64,000 bases of DNA, from the NCBI GenBank assembly GCA_013203315.1, contig JABMQJ010000018.1, positions 18,899-82,898 of the forward strand, in the 5' to 3' direction. Source of the DNA: Candidatus Omnitrophota bacterium. GTDB taxonomy: Bacteria > Omnitrophota > Gorgyraeia > JABMRN01 > RBG-13-46-9. Below are positions 49,861 to 60,119 of this stretch, one piece after another (the stretch's first letter is position 1; each line of letters opens with the position of its first letter). The position numbers were made by a program, and so were the translations under genes. The notes under the pieces were generated by a model. The model was not told the DNA's origin and did no database searches. It saw nothing but the letters and a program-made list of their open reading frames with translations.

Positions 49861-51592
49861 CGCCAAAAAACATAAAGGATTCATGATTGCAGCCCTTGTA
49901 ATATTTGCTTTTCTTTATTTTTTGTTTTTTGCAAGGTTCGATTTAATGGCCGGAGATGAGGGGTATTTTAACATCGTAAGCTACAGGATGATAGAAGGCG
50001 AGGTTCCATATAGAGATTTTTTTCTGCACACACCACCGGTCTCTTATCTTCTAGAGACGGGTGTTTTTAGCGTATTTGGGCAGGACTTTATTGTGGGCAG
50101 GGTTACGACCGCGATTACGGGCGTTTTAATAACCATTCTTTTATTTTTAGTAGCATCGCGTGTTTCTGATGTGCCGTTCTCTCTTGTGCCCGGCTTAGTT
50201 TTCATATTTTGGGGCACCTCCCACATACCGTATCCGTCGTTTAACTGGCATGGCCTTCTGGTGGCCCTTGGGGTCATGCTCGCTCTATTTAAATTTACGG
50301 ATTCCGGAAAACGTAAATTTCTCGTAGCGGTGGGGATTCTCGTAGGGCTTCTTTGTCTTATCAAACAGAATCTTGGCGCAGCTGCTATTATTTCCGTAGC
50401 GATTTATCTATGGCTTTATAGGCCAAAAAAGATTGACGTTTTTATCGATTATGCGTTTACAGGCATAGGAGGCGTTCTCGCAGGTTTTCCGATAATACTA
50501 TATTTTTACAAAAACGGCGCGTTACAAAGCATGCTTTTTTACCTCTTTAATTTTTCTTCGGATACCCTGAAATTAAGAATGGAACTCTTTCCGTTTCCGC
50601 ACCTTAAGCCCATGACTTTTTTTCTGTTAGGCTTATATCTTTTACTGGGCTACGCGCTCGTAAGAGCGAGCTTCCGAAAAAAATACGTCTTATTTTTTGC
50701 GACGATTTCTACAATTGTTTTAGGGACTGCATTTTTTTATGGATTTGCCACCAAGAACGCTGTTCTCTACGCGAATGATCACATAAAAGAGGGCATTATA
50801 AACGGATTTTTTAATCTCCCTGCTTTTTGCATTATAATGATTTTATTTTTGCTGTTATCAAAAGCTATAAAAAAAGTTGCAACCAGCCAAAGGGACCTAT
50901 ATTTACGCTTTGCGGTCATATTTTCCATTTTCTATATCTGGTTCGGCCTTATTAAGTCACGCGATCTTTTGCACCTGATACCGACGATGCCGATAGCGTA
51001 CCTCTTTTTTGGATATTTACTGGCTTTTGCGTACAACGCATATAAGGCGAAATTGGGGCAGAGCATGATGCTAAAAACATATTATTTTATTGTGCCAGTT
51101 ATTTTCTTTTGCCTTTTCGGGTTATATACAAATATGAATAACGAAACATTCAAGTTTTCTTCCACGCCGCTTACAGAAATGAATTATTCTCCGGCTATTG
51201 AAAGAGCGAAACACCTCATAGTTGAAAAGAAAAAAGGAAAAGACATGGAGGAGCTTGTAAAATACATAGATTCCCACACGCGCCCCAATGAGAAGATATT
51301 CCTTTTTCACATAGACTCCTCCTTTTATATACTGGCTGACAGGTCCCCTGCCACTTTTCATACGTTTTTTATACCGGATGCCTTTCGGTCAGAAGACCAG
51401 GAGAGGGTAATAAGGGAATTAGACGGGAACAAGGTAAGACTCGTCGTTTGCAAGAAAAGAATATACGATAGGTGGGAGGCCGTGGGTGATGCAAAGAAAG
51501 ACTGGCCCACAGCCCGCATCGAGAAATTTCTACGTACAAATTTCTATGTAAAAAAGATCATGGGCCTAAATTATATTTTGATGAGAAAATAA
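49850..51592 (+). CDS. GT-C-type (GT39/ArnT-like) membrane glycosyltransferase
   Basis: GDEG, PYRDFFLHTPP, KQN, C-terminal soluble domain FYILADR. Confidence 0.7.
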   Translation: MKNSAKKHKGFMIAALVIFAFLYFLFFARFDLMAGDEGYFNIVSYRMIEGEVPYRDFFLHTPPVSYLLETGVFSVFGQDFIVGRVTTAITGVLITILLFLVASRVSDVPFSLVPGLVFIFWGTSHIPYPSFNWHGLLVALGVMLALFKFTDSGKRKFLVAVGILVGLLCLIKQNLGAAAIISVAIYLWLYRPKKIDVFIDYAFTGIGGVLAGFPIILYFYKNGALQSMLFYLFNFSSDTLKLRMELFPFPHLKPMTFFLLGLYLLLGYALVRASFRKKYVLFFATISTIVLGTAFFYGFATKNAVLYANDHIKEGIINGFFNLPAFCIIMILFLLLSKAIKKVATSQRDLYLRFAVIFSIFYIWFGLIKSRDLLHLIPTMPIAYLFFGYLLAFAYNAYKAKLGQSMMLKTYYFIVPVIFFCLFGLYTNMNNETFKFSSTPLTEMNYSPAIERAKHLIVEKKKGKDMEELVKYIDSHTRPNEKIFLFHIDSSFYILADRSPATFHTFFIPDAFRSEDQERVIRELDGNKVRLVVCKKRIYDRWEAVGDAKKDWPTARIEKFLRTNFYVKKIMGLNYILMRK

Positions 51593-53169
51593 TGTCCAAA
51601 GACAATAAAATAGTTATTTTACTTGTAATCGTAAGCCTTTTTACATTTTTACTGGCTCTCAACAAGTACTGGGCGCCGTATGACGAGGGGATCGTTACGG
51701 TAGGTGCAGAAAGAATCCTGCACGGTGAGATTCCCTATAAAGATTTTTTTATCATCATGTACCCGCCGGGCCAGTTTTACCTAATTGCGTTTTTGTATAA
51801 AATTTTCGGAACTTCATTAGAAACGGGAAGAATATATACCTGCTTTATTCATGTCTTAATAGCCATGTGTGTCTTCCTTATAGGGAGAGCGCTTACCAAA
51901 AAAACAGTTGTACCGCTTATACTGTGGATAATAAGTCTCTCATGCCTGGCGCCCCGCATGGGCCTTGCGCCGTTTCCAATTTGGCCGGGTATGGCTTTCT
52001 CACTTCTTTCCGTATTTTTGTTTATGAAGTATCTTGAAAAAGGAAAACTTAATTTTGTAGTATTTTCAGGCCTTGCGGTAGGGTTAGCTGCGCTTTTCAG
52101 GCACGATATGGCATGTTATGCATTTCTTGCAATACTGGCAGGTTTTATTCTTTATAGAAGAAGGATTAAAGAAGCATCGGTTTTTATATTATCCTCATTC
52201 GTTGTGCCGTTGCCGGTTTTTCTGTATCTCTCCTTGAAGTCAGCCTTTCGGGACATGTTCGAGTCTTTACTTGTTTTTACTTTTTCCCATCACGAAGCTG
52301 CCGCGCTTTCTTTCCCGAAACCATGCTTTAACCTAAACATGATATTCCACCAGAGCCTCTACTTTATCAAGGTAAACCAGTACTACATCCCCTTAATAAT
52401 ATTTGCTTTTGTAGCCATTTTCCTTATAAAAGAGTTCCTGGTAAAAAGGAAATTCGGCAAAAAAGAAATCACACTTTTTGTGTTGCTTGTTTTCGGGGCA
52501 TTATGCTTTAACCAGGTAAGGGTAAGGACCGATCCGGCGCACCTTTTAACTTCAATCTACCCGGCTATTTTACTTTTCGGATTTATCCTGGATAACGCCC
52601 TTTTCAACCGCCGAATGACGCGCGCCGAAAGAGTTGCATTCCGGTCCTTCGCGATTCTTATAGGAGCGCTTTTTCTATTGCTTTTTGTAAAAAATGTAGA
52701 TAAATCTTTCAAAAACGTCTTCAGGAAACCGTATAGGGGAGACGTCTTGTTAACCAGGTTCGACAGGGGCGCTGTTTATATACCGAAGGCTCAAAGGGAC
52801 GACATTGTAAATACCGTTTCGTTTATCAAGGCTAACACGAGTGTCGATGAATCAATTTATGTAGGCAACATTGTTCACTGGAGGGATGAGTACGGTGGAA
52901 ATATGCTTCTTTATTTTCTATCGGAACGGCTTCCACTAACCAAGTATTACGAGTTGGCCCCGGGCCTTACCACGCAACCGCATGTACATGCGGAAATCAT
53001 CGAATCACTCTCGAATGAAAAGATAAATATTATCGTACTGCAGGACATAGCGCTTCCCGAGGAAGGGCCGGTTGACAGTGATTTATTGTCTCTAGACGAG
53101 CATATAAAGCGCAATTTTAAACAGGTTAAAAAATTCGGTAAATATAATATTTATAAAAGGAAAAGATAA
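51592..53169 (+). CDS. GT-C-type (GT39/ArnT-like) membrane glycosyltransferase
   Basis: NKYWAPYDEG, PYKDFFIIMYPPG, FRHD, RTDPAH, LYFLSER. Confidence 0.7.
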   Translation: MSKDNKIVILLVIVSLFTFLLALNKYWAPYDEGIVTVGAERILHGEIPYKDFFIIMYPPGQFYLIAFLYKIFGTSLETGRIYTCFIHVLIAMCVFLIGRALTKKTVVPLILWIISLSCLAPRMGLAPFPIWPGMAFSLLSVFLFMKYLEKGKLNFVVFSGLAVGLAALFRHDMACYAFLAILAGFILYRRRIKEASVFILSSFVVPLPVFLYLSLKSAFRDMFESLLVFTFSHHEAAALSFPKPCFNLNMIFHQSLYFIKVNQYYIPLIIFAFVAIFLIKEFLVKRKFGKKEITLFVLLVFGALCFNQVRVRTDPAHLLTSIYPAILLFGFILDNALFNRRMTRAERVAFRSFAILIGALFLLLFVKNVDKSFKNVFRKPYRGDVLLTRFDRGAVYIPKAQRDDIVNTVSFIKANTSVDESIYVGNIVHWRDEYGGNMLLYFLSERLPLTKYYELAPGLTTQPHVHAEIIESLSNEKINIIVLQDIALPEEGPVDSDLLSLDEHIKRNFKQVKKFGKYNIYKRKR

Positions 53170-53183
53170 GTTACTTCAAAAGT

Positions 53184-54797
53184 ATGGACACAAAAAGATT
53201 TTTAAATAGATATGGTATGTTTCTGGCAGTTATAGTGAGTTTTCTTGCATTCCTGCCCGCATGCAACAAATTCTGGGCGCCCTATGACGAGGGGTTTATA
53301 TTAGAGGCATCGCGCATGGCCGCAAAGGGGATGGTTCCTTATAAAGATTTTTTTATACTCATGTATCCGCCGGGTCAAATTTATACACTGGCAGGGCTTT
53401 TTAGTATTTTCGGCACAAGTTTAGCGGCAGGAAGGATATACACGATTTTTCTGCAGTCTATCATTACGGCCTGTGTTTTTTATGCCGTAAAAAAGTTCTC
53501 CGGACTTTTGTGGGGAATAGTCGCATTTATAATATGCGTGAGCACTCTTGCGTCACTTGGCCGAGCCATTCCCCGGCCTACATGGCCCGGGATTGCGCTT
53601 AGCCTGCTCGCGGTATTATTTCTTTTATCGTTCATAGATAAGGAGAAATATAGGCACCTCATGTGCGCGAGTTTTTTTACAGGGCTCTCGGTTATTTTCA
53701 GGCACGATATCGGAATTCTTACATTTAGCGCATGCTTAGCCGGCCTTTCGCTTTATACGGTATATAAATTCCAGGAAGGACATATTGCGAAAACAAAAGT
53801 TGCCCCAAAGGCATTACAGCTTTACGGAATCTATTCGATTTTTCCGTTTCTATTTATTGTAACAGCGATTTTTATGCTATATAAGGCAGGCGCTTATCCC
53901 GATGTGGTCAAATCTCTTATAATATTCCCCCGGGAATTCTTGAAAGGCGCATATATTCCTTTTCCCGCGTTCTCCTTTGATGTGAAGAGCATATTTTACG
54001 GGGGGTGCCTCTTTATAGAGAAGAACCGCTTCTATATACCGATAATAACCTATGCCGCTACGGCTATATTAATTTTTGCGGAATTTGTACCGGAAAAGAA
54101 ATTAACAAAAAGGTGCGTTTCCCTGGTAACCCTTTTATTTTTAGGTATATTTTATATGCAGCAGGTCATGGTAAGGGCAGATGATGGGCACCTCGCCTCT
54201 GCCAGCGCCCCTTTTATAATTTTATTCGGAATTATACCCTCATTTAAAGTAAGCCGGGGAAAGAATCCATTGAAGGCATTTAAAGTTTTAGTCATGATCT
54301 TTTTGTCATTTCTGATGGCGCTTTTTGTTTTCAAGAACACAGAAGAGCTTTACAAGCATTTTTATAAAAGGGCGTATGTCAAAAAAACGATAAATCCGGT
54401 AACATTCGGAAAAAGCACTGTCTACATCCCAGATGACACGAGAGATGAATTTTTGTCCTTAATGAGATACGTTGAGCAGAATACGGATTCCAACGATACG
54501 ATTTATATAGGGAGCCTGAACCATTCGGTTCCGCAATACGGCCGGTATGAACTGATTTATTTTTTGACCGGTCGAACACCGGGGGTTAAATATTATGAAA
54601 TTCATCCCGGATTGCAGGACAAGAAAAATATACAGGAAGAGATGATCTTGTCGCTTGAGAAGAGCAAGCCCAGGGTGCTACTCCTCAGGGACTTTAAAAC
54701 TAACGCAGCGCGTCCGGGCCCCCTTGACAAATATATACGAAAAGTGTATAAACGTAATAAAATTATAGGATCATATCACATTTATGAAAAAGAATAG
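53184..54797 (+). CDS. GT-C-type membrane glycosyltransferase, close paralog of 51592-53169
   Basis: NKFWAPYDEG, PYKDFFILMYPPG, FRHD, RADDGH, IYFLTGR. Confidence 0.7.
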   Translation: MDTKRFLNRYGMFLAVIVSFLAFLPACNKFWAPYDEGFILEASRMAAKGMVPYKDFFILMYPPGQIYTLAGLFSIFGTSLAAGRIYTIFLQSIITACVFYAVKKFSGLLWGIVAFIICVSTLASLGRAIPRPTWPGIALSLLAVLFLLSFIDKEKYRHLMCASFFTGLSVIFRHDIGILTFSACLAGLSLYTVYKFQEGHIAKTKVAPKALQLYGIYSIFPFLFIVTAIFMLYKAGAYPDVVKSLIIFPREFLKGAYIPFPAFSFDVKSIFYGGCLFIEKNRFYIPIITYAATAILIFAEFVPEKKLTKRCVSLVTLLFLGIFYMQQVMVRADDGHLASASAPFIILFGIIPSFKVSRGKNPLKAFKVLVMIFLSFLMALFVFKNTEELYKHFYKRAYVKKTINPVTFGKSTVYIPDDTRDEFLSLMRYVEQNTDSNDTIYIGSLNHSVPQYGRYELIYFLTGRTPGVKYYEIHPGLQDKKNIQEEMILSLEKSKPRVLLLRDFKTNAARPGPLDKYIRKVYKRNKIIGSYHIYEKE

Positions 54798-55359
54798 AAA
54801 AACCATATTTTTAGACAGAGACGGCGTAATAAATAAAGACCCCGGTGGCTGGACAGAGCACAGCTATGTTACCCACTGGGAATATTTTAAGTTTTTACCG
54901 AATTCGATAGAGGCTATAAAGAAACTAAACGATGCCGGTTACGATATAGCACTTATATCCAACCAGGGCGGTATCAGTAAAGGGTATTACAGTGAGGATA
55001 AGCTACGGGAAATCAATAAAAAGATGATGGCCGAACTGGAAAAAAAAGGCGCAAAAATAAAAAAGGCATATTATTGTCTTCACCAGGATAGTGATAATTG
55101 CGATTGCAAGAAACCAAAAACCGGCCTTTTCGAAAAGGCAGAAAAAGAATTAAATATTAAGGCCCAAGGAAATTTCTTTATCGGTGACGGCAAGATGGAT
55201 GTCGAGGCCGCCGAAAAAATGGGACTTAAATCTATTTTGGTTTTAAGCGGAAAATCAGACCTTGCAGGCGTCCGGGACTGGGAATTAAAGCCGGATTATA
55301 TTTTTGACAATCTATCCGAGGCGGTAAATTTTATATTAAAACAAAAGGAGCAAAAATGA
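54784..55359 (+). CDS. gmhB: D-glycero-D-manno-heptose 1,7-bisphosphate phosphatase (HAD IIIA)
   Basis: FLDRDGVIN, SNQGG, CLH...CDCKKP, IGD. Confidence 0.85.
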   Translation: MKKNRKTIFLDRDGVINKDPGGWTEHSYVTHWEYFKFLPNSIEAIKKLNDAGYDIALISNQGGISKGYYSEDKLREINKKMMAELEKKGAKIKKAYYCLHQDSDNCDCKKPKTGLFEKAEKELNIKAQGNFFIGDGKMDVEAAEKMGLKSILVLSGKSDLAGVRDWELKPDYIFDNLSEAVNFILKQKEQK

Positions 55360-56393
55360 AAATACTAATAACGGGTGGGGCAGGCATGGTAGGTAGCCAC
55401 ACCGCTTTGCACTATGCTTCAAAAGGGGATGAGGTCATAGTTTTTGACAACCTGATGCGCTCAAAACTATTCGGGTATGACAAAAAAAGCGTAGAATACA
55501 ACTGGAACTTTCTGGCGGGACAGAAAAACATAAAAAGGGTGTTGGGCGACGTAAGGAATCCCAAGGACCTAAAAAAGGTCGTTTCCGCAGATTTGGACGC
55601 TATAATACATACGGCGGGTCAACCAGGTGTAGGATTTTCAATAAATGATCCGGCAGAGGATTATTCGATAAACGCATTCGGAAGCTTCAACGTGCTTGAG
55701 TGTGTGCGTAAGGTTTGCCCGAAAACCACTTTCGTATATTGCTCAACCAACAAGGTTTACGGTGAAAATGTAAGCGAATTAGCCTTAGCCGAAGAAAGCA
55801 AAAGATATTCCTTTAGGGATATAAAGGCCATTAGTGAAACGTTTAATCTGGATTTAACCGGACATACGCCATACGGGGTAAGTAAGTACGTAGGTGATCT
55901 CTATGCGCAGGAGTATGGTTATTCCTATGGCCTGAAGGCCGGTATATTTCGCATGAGTTGTACGTACGGGACGCGACAGTTTGGTTTCGAGGACCAGGGG
56001 TGGCTTGCGCACTTTATCATATCGAACCTGACCGACAAACCCATTACCATTTATGGTGACGGCAAGCAGGTCCGGGACATATTGTATGTAGAGGATTTAG
56101 TCCGCGCCTTTGATTTATTTATAAAATCAGACCTAAAAACAGAAGTTTTTAATATTGGGGGAGGCCCGGATAACACCATATCGCTTCTTGAATTCATAGA
56201 AATGATAGAGCAAAAAACAGGCAACAAAATGAAGAAGGGTTTTGACAAATGGAGGCCCTCGGATCAGAAGGTGTACATATCCGACATATCGAAAGTGAAA
56301 AAGATTTTATCGTGGCAGCCCCAGATCGATGCGAGCCGGGGCATAGATAAGCTCATATCGTGGGTGAAAGAGAACCTTTCTTTCTTTAAATAA
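55356..56393 (+). CDS. CDP-paratose 2-epimerase (RfbE/Tyv)-like SDR
   Basis: TGGAGMVG, STNKVYG, TPYGVSK, FRMSCTYG..QFGFEDQGW, WRPSDQ. Confidence 0.8.
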   Translation: MKILITGGAGMVGSHTALHYASKGDEVIVFDNLMRSKLFGYDKKSVEYNWNFLAGQKNIKRVLGDVRNPKDLKKVVSADLDAIIHTAGQPGVGFSINDPAEDYSINAFGSFNVLECVRKVCPKTTFVYCSTNKVYGENVSELALAEESKRYSFRDIKAISETFNLDLTGHTPYGVSKYVGDLYAQEYGYSYGLKAGIFRMSCTYGTRQFGFEDQGWLAHFIISNLTDKPITIYGDGKQVRDILYVEDLVRAFDLFIKSDLKTEVFNIGGGPDNTISLLEFIEMIEQKTGNKMKKGFDKWRPSDQKVYISDISKVKKILSWQPQIDASRGIDKLISWVKENLSFFK

Positions 56394-56396
56394 AAA

Positions 56397-56786
56397 ATGA
56401 CAAAGATGTACCCAAAATTAATTTTTAATAGAACGACCTGGAAATATATATTCTACCTTTGGATATTCATATGGGCGTTTGTTTTTTGCAAAAATTTATT
56501 TTACAAGGGGCACCTGAAAGAATATATAGCAATCATAAAAAGGCCTACCCTGGAGGATAAAAGGTCTTTTGTGACAGGCGACCGCCTGTATGAACTCATA
56601 AGATCCGCCGAGGCCAAGATTCCGGAAAACGCTACTTTTGAATATGAGGGCATTGAAGAGGCTTCCTTAAGCGACAGGCGCATTAGATATTATTTATACC
56701 CGCGTTTAAAATCCGACAACGCCGACTATATAATTCGTTACGGTCAAAGCCCTGCCCGCGATGATGTATTGAAAAGGAGAAAATAG
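56397..56786 (+). CDS. Small membrane-anchored protein, YYLYP family (copy 2)
   Basis: One TM helix, RRIRYYLYP; paralog of 48074-48466. Confidence 0.7.
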   Translation: MTKMYPKLIFNRTTWKYIFYLWIFIWAFVFCKNLFYKGHLKEYIAIIKRPTLEDKRSFVTGDRLYELIRSAEAKIPENATFEYEGIEEASLSDRRIRYYLYPRLKSDNADYIIRYGQSPARDDVLKRRK

Positions 56787-58207
56787 TGGAACTTGCTTTA
56801 ATCGTCATAGCGCAAATCTTTGCAAGCCTTCTGGGCAGGGCTATCTTGCGTTTTTTCTTTTACAAAGAGATTCGTAAATTCGCCCTCGCCGAAAAAATAG
56901 CGCTTTATTACGTAATAGGCATGGGCCTGATTCCTCTATATATGATGCTTCTTAATTGTTTTGGAATGAAATTCAGTATATCTACAATTTATCTACCGTG
57001 CGCTCTTATAATTGTGTTTGAAACACTGCATCATACGTCTAGAAAACCGACTCTGACCGGCGCGCAAAATAGTTCTCGCTCGCGGGTCAGAATTGATCCT
57101 GTGAATGCTTTTCTCTCTCTAGGCATCTTTTTCGTGGTATTTTATTCTTTTTTCACAGGGCTTGTAAAGCCGATAGCGAGTTTCGATAGCGTTGCGTCAT
57201 TTGCCATAAAAGCGAAGATCTTTTTCCTCGGTGCGGGTATTCCCCGGGGATTTTTTGAAAATCTGGCTCAGAATTTTCCGCATCCCAGGTTCCCGCTTAT
57301 GATTCCGCTCCAGGAAACATTTTGTTTCATTAGCATGGGTTCATTTAACGATATTTTGGTTAAGATGATTTTTCCGGCGCACTTCCTGGCTTTCGCCGCT
57401 CTATTTTATTTCGGATTAAAGGAACTTACCGGCAAAAGGTGCGCGCTTATTTTCACCTTTCTTTTATGCAGCATAAACGAGGTGAGCCGTTTTTCCGCAG
57501 TGGGTTATACGGATATACATTTTTCGCTTTATCTTTTCGTGGGTTTTATTTACTGGTATAGATTCGCCACCACTGCCTCCGGGGGAGCGCTTTTCTCGCT
57601 TTTCATACCTGCTGTCTTTTCCGCCTTCGCGATATTTACCAAGGATACGGGCTTTATCGTACCGTTTCTTTTTCTTTTACTTTTTGTGCTTTATTCAAAA
57701 GAAAGAAAAGAGGGTAAGGGCGCTATATTGGCCTATGTGCGGTATCTTGCATTGCTGATTTTTCTTATCCTGTCGTGGCTTTTTGTAAGGCTTGCGCCGG
57801 AATCAACGCATAGACTTATGACTCTCAATGCCCTTAATCCCGCATATCTTGTGAGCGCTTTTATGGATAGAATATTGCCGGTACTGTACGAATTTCAGGT
57901 TAATGTTTTTAATCCGAAAAGATGGAATCTGTTGTGGCCCATTTTTATTGTTTTATTTATCTTGAACTATAAATGGTCACTCCGGACGCGCCTTAAGTAC
58001 ATTACGGTTTTTATCACGTCCATCTTTTTGTTGTATCTTTTTTTCTATATAACCGTAGAGCCGTCAGCCTTTGGCTACGGAAAGGTATATGCGCAGAGTC
58101 TCAGGTCGGGGATGAACAGGCACCTTATCCATGTCACGCCATTTGCGGTGTTATGGCTGGCTCTCATTTTTAAAAAAATGTGCGAAAGCAAAAAAGAAAA
58201 GGCCTAA
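56786..58207 (+). CDS. GT-C-type polytopic membrane protein (copy 2 of paired module)
   Basis: GTG start overlapping TAG. FDSVASF..KAK, HPRFP, FTKDTG; paralog of 48466-49860. Confidence 0.65.
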   Translation: MELALIVIAQIFASLLGRAILRFFFYKEIRKFALAEKIALYYVIGMGLIPLYMMLLNCFGMKFSISTIYLPCALIIVFETLHHTSRKPTLTGAQNSSRSRVRIDPVNAFLSLGIFFVVFYSFFTGLVKPIASFDSVASFAIKAKIFFLGAGIPRGFFENLAQNFPHPRFPLMIPLQETFCFISMGSFNDILVKMIFPAHFLAFAALFYFGLKELTGKRCALIFTFLLCSINEVSRFSAVGYTDIHFSLYLFVGFIYWYRFATTASGGALFSLFIPAVFSAFAIFTKDTGFIVPFLFLLLFVLYSKERKEGKGAILAYVRYLALLIFLILSWLFVRLAPESTHRLMTLNALNPAYLVSAFMDRILPVLYEFQVNVFNPKRWNLLWPIFIVLFILNYKWSLRTRLKYITVFITSIFLLYLFFYITVEPSAFGYGKVYAQSLRSGMNRHLIHVTPFAVLWLALIFKKMCESKKEKA

Positions 58208-58211
58208 CAAG

Positions 58212-60104
58212 ATGTGCGGAATATGCGGATTCATTAAAAATAACGGTAAGATAGAAGAAGGCGCCATAGAAAAAATGCTTCTGCCGCTCGCCCGTCGCGG
58301 CCCGGATGCTAAAGGCATTTTTTATGACAACGACAGGGTTCCGTTTGCCGCATTGGGTCACCGCAGGCTCAGCATTATTGACTTAAAAACCGGCGATCAG
58401 CCAATGCAAGACCAAAGCGGTAATTTTAGCTGCGTTCACAATGGGGAGATCTATAACTTTTTGGAGTTAAGAGAAAGCCTTGCCGGGAAAGGCTATAGGT
58501 TCAAGACAAACTCTGATACGGAAGTAATACTTAACATGTATCGTGAATATGGCAAAGAATGCGTAAAGCATTTTAACGGCATGTTCGCCTTCGCGATTTG
58601 GGATAAAAAAGAACGCTCGATTTTTTTGGCGAGGGACAGGGTCGGGATAAAACCGCTCTATTATTACCACGACCGCGATAATTTTCTTTTTGCCTCGAGC
58701 CTAAAATCTTTTCTTGGGTTTAATTTTATTGAAAAAAAGATAAGTCCCGCCGCGCTCTCGGAATATCTTCAATATCTATATATAAACGCCCCCCGCACTA
58801 TCTTTGGGTCCATCAGAAAGCTCCAGGCCGGTTCAACGCTCTTATTTAAAAACGACAAAATCACAATCGAAAAATATTGGGATATTACACGGATTGTAGG
58901 CGAGAGAAAGAATAACTTTATACGCGACGAAAAGAAATGCATGGGCGAAATTAAATCATTGCTTGCAAATTCTGTGAAAAGCCGGCTTATAAGCGATGTT
59001 CCTCTCGGCGTTTTTTTGAGCGGCGGCGTGGACTCAAGTATCATAACCGCGCTGGCTGCCAAAAGCTCAAACAAGAGAGTCAAGACCTTTAGCGTTACAT
59101 TCAAGGGCAGGGGTTACTATGACGAAAGCAAATTTGCGAAGAAGATTTCAGGAATGTTCGAAACAGACCATAATGAGCTGGAAATAACCCCGAATTTAAA
59201 ATCCGATTTGTCAAAAATTGTAGATTTTCTGGATGAACCCTTTGCTGATTCATCATTCATACCTACGTATTACCTTTCGGACTTCACCAGAAATCATGTT
59301 AAGGTTGCTCTTTCAGGGACCGGTGGAGACGACATATTTGCCGGATACAGGCGCTATGCTGTCGACGCGGCCGTAAATATGTTCGATAAAAGTCCCGGTT
59401 TCATTAAAAAAGCCTTCTCTCTTGTAATTAATAGTGTAACACCGACAAGACAAAGCAAGGCAGGGGAAAAGGCGCTACTTGCGAGAAGATTTTTTAAAAT
59501 CGCTAAATTGGAAAAAGAAAAACGCCACGACGCGGTAATGAGTTTCATAAATAAGGACATGCAAAAAACGCTTCTGGAAAATTCTCCTGTGGAAAAGCAT
59601 GCGTCATCGGATGTATTAACCGAGCTCTCAGGCAATTTTAACGGCCAGCCATATATAAATCAGGCGCTTTATACCGACTTTCTTTCATATCTTGCGGGGG
59701 ATTTATTAATAAAGGAAGACGCCGCAACGATGGCCGTAGGGCTTGAAGGAAGGCTCCCTTTTCTGGACCATCGCCTTGTCGAGTATAGTTTTGGCATAGA
59801 TCCCGCCCTAAAACTAAAAGGTCTATCAACAAAGTATATATTAAAAAAAGCTTTCGAAGACGTTTTGCCGCGCGACATATTATATAGGGAAAAACACGGG
59901 TTTGCGTTTCCTGTCAGTGAATATTTGCGGGAAGGCCTAAAAGACACTGCGCAGGATATACTGCTTTCCGATACGCATAAGTTTTTTAACAAGAATGCCG
60001 TGGAAACACTTTTCAAAAGGCATCTTGACGGAACCGAAGACCTGGGTAGTCATATCTGGGCGCTACTCGTTTTTAATTTATGGTATGAAAAAAATGTTAA
60101 ATAA
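58212..60104 (+). CDS. asnB: Asparagine synthase (glutamine-hydrolysing)-like amidotransferase
   Basis: ATG 58212 gives MCGICG. RGPD, HRRLSIID, HNGEIYN, LSGGVDSS, DEPFADSS, RLPFLDH. Confidence 0.9.
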   Translation: MCGICGFIKNNGKIEEGAIEKMLLPLARRGPDAKGIFYDNDRVPFAALGHRRLSIIDLKTGDQPMQDQSGNFSCVHNGEIYNFLELRESLAGKGYRFKTNSDTEVILNMYREYGKECVKHFNGMFAFAIWDKKERSIFLARDRVGIKPLYYYHDRDNFLFASSLKSFLGFNFIEKKISPAALSEYLQYLYINAPRTIFGSIRKLQAGSTLLFKNDKITIEKYWDITRIVGERKNNFIRDEKKCMGEIKSLLANSVKSRLISDVPLGVFLSGGVDSSIITALAAKSSNKRVKTFSVTFKGRGYYDESKFAKKISGMFETDHNELEITPNLKSDLSKIVDFLDEPFADSSFIPTYYLSDFTRNHVKVALSGTGGDDIFAGYRRYAVDAAVNMFDKSPGFIKKAFSLVINSVTPTRQSKAGEKALLARRFFKIAKLEKEKRHDAVMSFINKDMQKTLLENSPVEKHASSDVLTELSGNFNGQPYINQALYTDFLSYLAGDLLIKEDAATMAVGLEGRLPFLDHRLVEYSFGIDPALKLKGLSTKYILKKAFEDVLPRDILYREKHGFAFPVSEYLREGLKDTAQDILLSDTHKFFNKNAVETLFKRHLDGTEDLGSHIWALLVFNLWYEKNVK

Positions 60105-60119
60105 AAAGGAAGCGTTAAC

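Noticed and set aside
9852-58211. Longer upstream starts in the ORF track (9852, 18362, 19506, 24111, 25581, 33536, 36908, 38208, 39311, 48062, 58131)
   Set aside because: They overlap the previous gene, lack an RBS, or would bury the N-terminal Cys of Ntn enzymes; downstream ATGs coupled to the preceding stop fit better.
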